Part shown: piece after piece, positions 36,680 to 43,114 of the stretch
How the letters are laid out: every line of letters begins with the position of its first letter
How positions within the stretch are numbered: the first letter of the stretch is position 1
NCBI GenBank assembly: GCA_964519575.1
Contig: CAZFKV010000001.1
Coordinates: 1 to 43,114 of the forward strand
Direction of reading: 5' to 3'
DNA length: 43,114 nt
DNA from: an uncultured Candidatus Saccharibacteria bacterium
GTDB lineage: Bacteria; Patescibacteriota; Saccharimonadia; Saccharimonadales; JAGPDM01
The notes under the pieces: model-generated
The model's database searches: none
The model's input: only the letters and a program-made list of their open reading frames with translations
Told to the model about the DNA's origin: nothing
Made by a program: the position numbers and the translations under genes

Positions 36680-37660
36680 ATGGCACAGTTTATTGCCCAA
36701 CCATTTTCAAACGCTAGTGAACTTGAATCAATAATATTTTTTGGCATGGGACCTGTCAGCTTAAAGTCACTGGAAAAGCTGAGCGGTTCATTTCTAATTG
36801 AAGCTATTATAACCAAGCCAGACTCCTCCAGAGGTAAAACTCCTGGCGAAAGTGTGAGTTCCTGGGCAGAAAAAAATAAAGTCCCCTTTTATAAACCCGA
36901 TTCATCTGACGCAATTTATGAACTTTTTGAAAATCATGGTTTTGTTAGTAAAGTCGGTGTAGTGATTGATTATGGTCTTATCATTCCTGAAAAAGTGATT
37001 AATTCTTTTCCTAAAGGGATTATTAATTCACATTTTTCCTTGTTACCGAAACTTCGAGGCGCGGATCCCATAACTTTCGCATTACTCTCAGGACAAAACT
37101 CCACAGGGGTGAGTCTTATGAAAATACAACCTGGCTTGGATACGGGAAATATTCTCGTCAGTCAGGAAGTTCCGATTACTGCGAATGAAACAAATGAATC
37201 TTTGACAAAAAAACTCATCGCTACGAGTAGTGAATTATTAATTAGTATCCTTCCGTCCTACATATCTGGAAAGAACTCCACTCTTACTAAGCAAGACGAT
37301 AGACAAGCTACCTACAGTAGAAAACTCAGTAAATCCGACGGGCAATTGATTTGGTCAAAATCGGCCTTTATCTTAGAACGCGAGATAAGAGCATTCAAAC
37401 CTTGGCCGGGTAGCTTTACGATGATAGACGGAGAACGAGTCGTTATTGATGAAGCGCACGCTGAAAAGGCCGACAAGACGACTGATGATATTGGTAAAAT
37501 GCTCATCAGTCAGGATAGGAATCTGGTAGTAAGATGTGCCGATGATACGATTCTGGTCATTGAGCGCCTGAAGCCGGCTGGTAAAGGCTTGATGGAAGCA
37601 AAGGCTTTTCTAGCCGGCCGACAGTTGTTCATGAAGACTCTGACTAAGATTACAATCTAA
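36680..37660 (+). CDS. fmt: Methionyl-tRNA formyltransferase
   Basis: 326 aa. Formyltransferase core INSHFSLLPKLRGADP plus a C-terminal beta-barrel domain. About 17 extra N-terminal residues relative to the usual start, so the start is uncertain. Confidence 0.9.
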   Translation: MAQFIAQPFSNASELESIIFFGMGPVSLKSLEKLSGSFLIEAIITKPDSSRGKTPGESVSSWAEKNKVPFYKPDSSDAIYELFENHGFVSKVGVVIDYGLIIPEKVINSFPKGIINSHFSLLPKLRGADPITFALLSGQNSTGVSLMKIQPGLDTGNILVSQEVPITANETNESLTKKLIATSSELLISILPSYISGKNSTLTKQDDRQATYSRKLSKSDGQLIWSKSAFILEREIRAFKPWPGSFTMIDGERVVIDEAHAEKADKTTDDIGKMLISQDRNLVVRCADDTILVIERLKPAGKGLMEAKAFLAGRQLFMKTLTKITI

Positions 37661-37662
37661 AT

Positions 37663-38004
37663 CTATTGAGGATTTTGTGAATTATTCTGGCGAAAAGTTT
37701 CTAGAATTGTTGATGCGTCTTTTTTGATCTCATTTTTAAGTTTTTCAAGCTCTTCAGCTACAACGTCTTTATAATTAGGGAAATTAGATTCCAGCCATTT
37801 TAGAGCACCAGCTTCATCATTACTATCAATAAACTGCTCAAACTCATCCAACTGTTCATCAGACATATTCTCAGCCAAACGCATACCGACTCTAAGCTCT
37901 AAGGTTTCATAGATTTGAGCCAGCAATTTATTGCGCTCTTCAGCCGGAAGTTCAAATAATCCAAGTTCTTTTAGGAGATTGTCGTCGATTTTTAACATTG
38001 CCAT
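37663..38004 (-). CDS. Small acidic helical protein of unknown function
   Basis: 113 aa, no TM, predicted all-helical (LPAEERNKLLAQIYETLELRVGMRLAENMSDEQLDEFEQFI). Convergent with fmt, with 2 nt between the stops. Confidence 0.5.
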   Translation of the reverse strand: MAMLKIDDNLLKELGLFELPAEERNKLLAQIYETLELRVGMRLAENMSDEQLDEFEQFIDSNDEAGALKWLESNFPNYKDVVAEELEKLKNEIKKDASTILETFRQNNSQNPQ

Positions 38005-38076
38005 TAATCTATTGTTACTAAGTTCGCCAGAAACTGCAATACCTTAATGTCGATAGGTAGAAATTAATTCTTAAAT

Positions 38077-39846
38077 CTAGTCTAATTTCCGCTGTATTTC
38101 TTCTCTGGTAAACAAATCGAGAACGTCACCCTCTTTTAGGAGTATTTTCTTATTCGTCTTTAGCTGGAGGCCACATAATTCGCCTTCAAATACCTCTTTA
38201 GCTTCTGATTCTTCTCTCTTAACACTTGTAACTGTCACTTCGGCTAATTCTGCTTTGTCTCGACTTATCCGTACCAGCGCGTTGGGTTGGACTTTACCCT
38301 TTGTTACCAGACCACCACAAATAATTTCGTTTTTCGTCGTCCGAAAGATACCCTTTATTTTAAGTCGTCCAATATCAGTTTCGACAATTTCCGGAGGCAA
38401 CATTTTGCTCAGGAGAGCTTTTACTTCATCTATTAATTCATAGATAACGGTGTAGAGCTTGATTGATACCTGTTCTCGTAAAGCTAACCGCTTAATTGCC
38501 ACCGGAATAGGAACACTAAAGCCCAATACTAAGGCATTGCTAGTTTTTGCCCTGGTTACATCTGTTTCATTGACCGGTCCAACACCACTAGAGACTATAT
38601 CGACGGAAACTTCTTCGCTTTTAATTGACTCGAGACTCTGTATGACCGATTCAAGCGAACCCTGAACATCAGCCTTAATGATTATCGGTAGAGTGTTGGT
38701 ATCTTGTGCGGCAAGCAACGAATCAATCCCTTCGCTATCAGTAATCGATTTGATTGAATCTGATTGACGCGTAGCTTGCTGTTGTCGTGATACACTCGCT
38801 AGTTTCCGAGCTTCTTTTTCGCTATTTACTACCATAAATACATCACCAAAAGCAGGCAGGTCTTTAAAGCCAGTCACCGTTGCTGGAGTTGATGGACCGG
38901 CTGATGTAATCTCGTTTCCTTTATAGTCTTCGAGGTTGCGAATCTTGCCATAGCTAGAGCCAGCCACAACAACATCACCTTTTTCTAAACTTCCATGCTC
39001 AACTAGAATTCTGACTAACGGTCCCCGCCCAGGTTCCATGTACGATTCAATAACTATTCCTTCAGCGTCACCACTGTTATCGCCTTTAAGTTCTTCTATA
39101 TCTGTAACCAAAAGAACGATATCGAGCAACTCCGTAAGTCCCTTTTTTTCTTTTGCAGAGACATCAACAACTACGGTGTCACCACCCCACTCCTCAGGAT
39201 TAAGTCCGATTTCTGAGAGTTCTGTACGAACCCGCACTGGATCTGCACCTGGTTTATCGATTTTATTTATAGCAATTACCATTTTAACCCCAGCGCGTTT
39301 GGCAAAATTAATTGCTTCTTTAGTTTGTGGCTTAATCCCGTCATCAGCAGCAATTACCACGATCGCGACATCGGTAAGCTGAGCGCCATGCTGTCTGAGC
39401 GCCGCGAAGGCTTCATGCCCTGGTGTATCAAGAAAAGTTATCAGTCTTTTCTTATGAGTAACCTGATAGGCTGAGATATGCTGAGTAATACCACCAGCTT
39501 CTCCCTGGGCTGTATCGGCCTCTCTAATGGCATCAAGCAAACTAGTTTTACCATGATCAACATGACCCATAACTGCAACTACTGGCGGACGAGATAACGC
39601 TGTATCAACTTCAGATCTCTCGGCTCGCTTCTGTTTTTGGCTTTTTTCCGCAACTACAACAATATCAAATTCGCTAGCTATAATTTCAGCCGTATCTCGA
39701 TCGATACTCTCGTTAACTGTCGCCATAACGCCGTTTTTAATCAAACTCGACATTACGCTACCGATGGGCTCGTTCAGCACACGCGCAAAATCGCCAACGG
39801 TAATGGATTCTCCTATTTCAACAGTTTTTTGCTCTTCTTCGGCCAT
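38077..39846 (-). CDS. infB: Translation initiation factor IF-2 (short N-terminus)
   Basis: 589 aa. G domain VMGHVDHGKTSLLD, DTPGHEAF and NKID, then the C-terminal IF-2 domains. Confidence 0.95.
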   Translation of the reverse strand: MAEEEQKTVEIGESITVGDFARVLNEPIGSVMSSLIKNGVMATVNESIDRDTAEIIASEFDIVVVAEKSQKQKRAERSEVDTALSRPPVVAVMGHVDHGKTSLLDAIREADTAQGEAGGITQHISAYQVTHKKRLITFLDTPGHEAFAALRQHGAQLTDVAIVVIAADDGIKPQTKEAINFAKRAGVKMVIAINKIDKPGADPVRVRTELSEIGLNPEEWGGDTVVVDVSAKEKKGLTELLDIVLLVTDIEELKGDNSGDAEGIVIESYMEPGRGPLVRILVEHGSLEKGDVVVAGSSYGKIRNLEDYKGNEITSAGPSTPATVTGFKDLPAFGDVFMVVNSEKEARKLASVSRQQQATRQSDSIKSITDSEGIDSLLAAQDTNTLPIIIKADVQGSLESVIQSLESIKSEEVSVDIVSSGVGPVNETDVTRAKTSNALVLGFSVPIPVAIKRLALREQVSIKLYTVIYELIDEVKALLSKMLPPEIVETDIGRLKIKGIFRTTKNEIICGGLVTKGKVQPNALVRISRDKAELAEVTVTSVKREESEAKEVFEGELCGLQLKTNKKILLKEGDVLDLFTREEIQRKLD

Positions 39847-39925
39847 ATTTCCTCACATAAACACTTATAAACAGCTCATCACATCATACGTGGTAGCTGA
39901 CTTCTTATCAACTGAGGTAAATTAT

Positions 39926-41020
39926 CTAGCTTTTAAAGCTTAGAGAAATTTTTCGTGCTTCTGTATCAATACTTAGAATCTTAAAGGTCTTAGTCTCGTG
40001 AAGCTTAAACACATGTTCTGGATCAGCTTTTTCCTCACTGCCTTCATTTAATTCAGATACATGCACCAATGCTTCAACGGCTGGGCTAATCTGAATAAAC
40101 GCTCCGAATGGTGTAATTCGGGTTACTCGCCCTTCGACTTCAGCACCGATTTTATACTTGGCTACTTCCTTTAGCCATGGGTCCTCTTGCAGTTGTTTTA
40201 GGCTCAAACTGAGTCGATCCTTATCAATCGCAATAACCTTGGCTTCCACGCTTTGACCAATCTTTAGGTAATCAGAAGGGTTATCTACCCTGTCCCAGGA
40301 AATTTCAGATATATGTATTAGGCCTTCAATTCCGTTTACATTTACGAATGCTCCGAAATCAACAACTCCTGTAATCGTTCCGCTAACAGTTTCACCAGCT
40401 ACCAACTTCTCGAGTCGCTTCTGCATATCCTCACGAACAGCCTCTTTTTCACTAAAGATAAGCTTATTCTCTTTGCGATCAACGTCGAGTATACGAACGC
40501 GAAGTGTCTGACCAATTAAGCTGTTTAACCTCTGTAATATCTCATCCTTATCTGCTCCAGCAACTCTTGGATAGTGTTCAGCTGATAGCTGTGACACAGG
40601 TAGAAAGCCTCTTACACCCAGTAGTTCAACAAGTAGTCCACCTCTGTTGGCATCGTACGGTACGACCTCAACTATTTCACCTTTTTCGTTTTGCTGAACT
40701 AAATCATCCCAGCCTCTGTCTTTTGCTGCCTTGCGCAAACTCAAGAGAGCCTTGCCTGGCTCAAACTCTGGTTCAATTACACTTGCAGTAACAGAATCAC
40801 CTACCTTCAGATCCTTATTGCCAAATCCGATTTCACGACGCATGACCACACCAACACCTTGAGCGCCAAGATCTATCCATAATTCGTTTTTCTTAACCGA
40901 GAGGACTGTCCCCTCTACTACTTCTCCGGTTGCAAACTCGCCCATAGGCTGATCCTTGAGCAAAGTCTCCATAGTTACAGCTTCTTCAGCTTTTACCATA
41001 TTAAATTGTTCTCCTTTCAT
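39926..41020 (-). CDS. rpsA: 30S ribosomal protein S1 (four S1 domains)
   Basis: 364 aa. Four repeats of the S1 OB-fold pattern (G.V..G.V......G..V.L....G..H.SE). An internal ATG at 40999 preceded by AAAGGAG is an alternative start. Confidence 0.88.
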   Translation of the reverse strand: MKGEQFNMVKAEEAVTMETLLKDQPMGEFATGEVVEGTVLSVKKNELWIDLGAQGVGVVMRREIGFGNKDLKVGDSVTASVIEPEFEPGKALLSLRKAAKDRGWDDLVQQNEKGEIVEVVPYDANRGGLLVELLGVRGFLPVSQLSAEHYPRVAGADKDEILQRLNSLIGQTLRVRILDVDRKENKLIFSEKEAVREDMQKRLEKLVAGETVSGTITGVVDFGAFVNVNGIEGLIHISEISWDRVDNPSDYLKIGQSVEAKVIAIDKDRLSLSLKQLQEDPWLKEVAKYKIGAEVEGRVTRITPFGAFIQISPAVEALVHVSELNEGSEEKADPEHVFKLHETKTFKILSIDTEARKISLSFKS

Positions 41021-41258
41021 TGACAGAGCTCACTTAGAGTTTTCTGTTCGTCTAGCGATATATTGTATCTGTAAGCGACTTCGAAGTCAAAACACCCTCC
41101 CCCACTCGACAACTACGATTATCTACAGGTTGCTAGGCGGTAAATATAGTAGACTATTAGTAGTGCAAATGAGTGAGTGATTTACGAGGGAGAGATGTTA
41201 TGGCTAGTAGCCTGAAAAGATCAACAATCATCATGACTACAATTAATAGAGAGGTTAT

Positions 41259-41702
41259 ATGGATATAATTGATGTTTATAAGTCTACGTTTTCTTTTGTT
41301 CCCTCAGATGTATTCCACTGGTCTCCTGAAAGTAATACAATATTTTTCAATAATTCAGAAATCACTAGTGCTACCGGTAAATTATCTTTGTTACACGAGG
41401 TAGCCCATGCGCTCTTACATCACACTACTTATAGATATGACATTGATCTAATCAAAATAGAATCTGACGCATGGCAAAAAACCAAGTTTCTTGCATCAGA
41501 ACGTAATGTTGTTTTTAACGATGAACACGCCCAGGATTGTTTGGAATCTTACCGATCATGGCTACATAAGCGTGCGACCTGCCCCAATTGTGATCAGGTA
41601 ACCTTAGAGTCTAAGCCTCAGATATATGCATGCTTTAATTGTGGAGTGCAATGGAACGTATCTCGTAATCAATTATGCCAAATACAAAGAAAGCGTCTTT
41701 AA
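41259..41702 (+). CDS. ImmA/IrrE-like HExxH metallopeptidase domain fused to a C-terminal zinc ribbon
   Basis: 147 aa. LLHEVAHALLHH, with a downstream acidic ligand candidate in IESDAWQKTKFLA. C-terminal CPNCDQ...17 residues...CFNCG. GAGAGG Shine-Dalgarno 4-5 nt upstream. Confidence 0.55.
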   Translation: MDIIDVYKSTFSFVPSDVFHWSPESNTIFFNNSEITSATGKLSLLHEVAHALLHHTTYRYDIDLIKIESDAWQKTKFLASERNVVFNDEHAQDCLESYRSWLHKRATCPNCDQVTLESKPQIYACFNCGVQWNVSRNQLCQIQRKRL

Positions 41703-41716
41703 TGACGCTTTCTTGA
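41688..41716 (+). terminator. Hairpin overlapping the stop codon of the HExxH gene (weak terminator candidate)
   Basis: GAAAGCGTC (41688-41696), loop tttaat containing the TAA stop, GACGCTTTC (41703-41711), followed by a short and poor T-tract. Confidence 0.35.
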
Positions 41717-41913
41717 GAGTCTACTTTATGATCTTTTTTCGATCAGTTAAATCGCATTTTCAGATACGAGATGTGCATTTTCTTGTGACAAAGGGTAATT
41801 AATATTACCTTGCGAAACAAAAAATGTGCAGATTATGTTTGAAATGAGCTTTGACCGAAAGAAAGATCTTCAAGTAGACACACAACAAGTCTCTTAATTC
41901 TTATGTATCTGTT

Positions 41914-42108
41914 CTAGACAGCTTTTGTTCGACGGCTGATTTTGCCGCCTTTGGCACCAGCAGCTCTTGCTAGTTCTCGGTTGGCGAAGAAACCACCAGT
42001 AGTGCCGTTCTTTCCACCTTTTGCACCAATACGAGCATAAAAATCCTTGCCGTATCGAGTCTTGTTAGTATTAGCAGCAGCTTTGCCGCCATCTTTAGTT
42101 CCTGACAT
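41914..42108 (-). CDS. KGG-repeat general stress protein (YciG/GsiB-like)
   Basis: 64 aa. Repeated GAKGGK/KGG units (RIGAKGGKNG, AAGAKGGKISRR). AGAGGAG Shine-Dalgarno upstream. Confidence 0.7.
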   Translation of the reverse strand: MSGTKDGGKAAANTNKTRYGKDFYARIGAKGGKNGTTGGFFANRELARAAGAKGGKISRRTKAV

Positions 42109-42300
42109 ATTCTATCTCCTCTTGTGGTAAACACTAGCACCCACCTGAAGTTGCTCACACATTTACATTAATACTTAAATACACTAACACGCTATAGTTT
42201 ATATGTCAATATTATTATGTTAATAATACTTCTTATGGTAATTACCACAACACAAGCATGCCAAACACTGGCCACCGTCAGATACGTTCGTGCAATTTTT

Positions 42301-42346
42301 ATTAAAAAATAATAAGGACAGCTGAATTCATTTCAGTTGTCCTTAT
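42301..42346 (-). terminator. Intrinsic terminator of the rRNA operon
   Basis: On the minus strand, a 15-bp stem (42346-42332 pairs with 42326-42312, one A-C mismatch) with a 5-nt loop, followed by UUAUUUUUUAAU. Preceded by a second hairpin CCACAAGA...UCUUGUGG (42380-42359). Confidence 0.75.
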
Positions 42347-42398
42347 ACATTATTCTAGCCACAAGAGAGGATTCTTGTGGCTAATGTCTTGTGTACTC

Positions 42399-42512
42399 TA
42401 TGCCGGCGTCGACCTACTTTCCCCATAAAGAGTATCATCGGCGCAGGAGAGCTTAACTTCCGAGTTCGGTATGGTATCGGGTGTGGCCTCTCCGCCATTA
42501 ACACCAGCATAG
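42399..42512 (-). rRNA. rrf: 5S ribosomal RNA
   Basis: The reverse complement reads UAUGCUGGUGUUAAUGGCGGAGAGGCCACACCCGAUACCAUACCGAACUCGGAAGUUAAGCUCUCCUGCGCCGAUGAUACU...GGGAAAGUAGGUCGACGCCGGCAUA. Helix I pairs the two ends. Conserved CCGAACUC and GCGCCGAUG blocks are present. Confidence 0.9.
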
Positions 42513-42791
42513 AAAACACAATTTCAGAACTTACACATCACAACAGTCTGCTGATCCGCCTGAGGCGGACCACGCCACTGTTGTTCTTGGTTCATTTTGA
42601 ATTTTTTATCTCCGGTACGCAGTCGCAATATTACTCATATAGCTTCTTTGCGTTCCTCGATAAGAAAATACAAACTGAACTCAAGTGTGTAGCTTCTGTT
42701 TACTAGGTGACATCTTTAGTAAACACAAAATTTACTAGTCATAAGCTCAGGACATACACACGTTTAACGGCGTGTAGATCCTGAAGCACGA

Positions 42792-43114
<323 letters not shown>

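Noticed and set aside
41200-41268. 22-codon upstream ORF (MASSLKRSTIIMTTINREVIWI) with a GGGAGAG SD-like sequence, overlapping the start of the HExxH gene.
   Set aside because: It is short with no recognisable features, and the main ORF has its own well-spaced SD. It cannot be supported without conservation or ribosome-profiling data.

Overview
This 43.1-kb window is a densely packed, almost purely housekeeping stretch of a small bacterial chromosome.

**Content**
- I count 43 protein-coding genes. One, a class I LysRS, runs off the left edge and is missing from the ORF track.
- RNA features: an RNase P RNA, a T-box leader upstream of ileS, and the 3' end of an rRNA operon (23S 3' end, long spacer, 5S, terminator).
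- Cell shape and division: mreB-mreC-mreD-PBP2, FtsW/RodA, ftsA-ftsZ.
- Envelope and proteolysis: LCP, HtrA, LepB, RseP, CPBP protease.
- Translation: proS, ileS, lysK, frr, tsf, rpsB, rpmE, prfA-prmC, rplU, rpsU, def-fmt, infB, rpsA, map.
- DNA and nucleotides: parAB, priA, nrdR, class II nrdJ, adk.

**Likely source (inference only)**
The window has monoderm-type envelope genes, rpsU-yqeY linkage, an actinobacterial-type NrdJ, trimmed IF-2/EF-Ts/Adk and the standard genetic code. Together these suggest a reduced-genome Gram-positive-type lineage such as Saccharibacteria/Patescibacteria.

**What is absent**
I saw no transposase, integrase, CRISPR array, defence island or toxin-antitoxin module. 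I do not claim a new multi-gene system.

**Most unusual signals (RNA and regulatory level)**
1. The RNase P RNA carries a ~164-nt AT-rich extended hairpin, closed by a perfect 12-bp helix, in the normally 2-3-nt J2/4 junction. Its P3 helix is reduced to about 3 bp.
2. A canonical terminator-type T-box with a UGGU bulge controls a type-2-like ileS.
3. nrdJ, rnpB and the ileS leader are packed end to end.
4. Several operon-leading genes have -10 hexamers 6-11 nt from SD-less start codons, which suggests leaderless mRNAs.
5. FtsZ ends in a long acidic tail encoded by a 9-bp tandem repeat.
6. An orphan ImmA/IrrE-like HExxH protein is fused to a zinc ribbon and sits next to a KGG stress protein.
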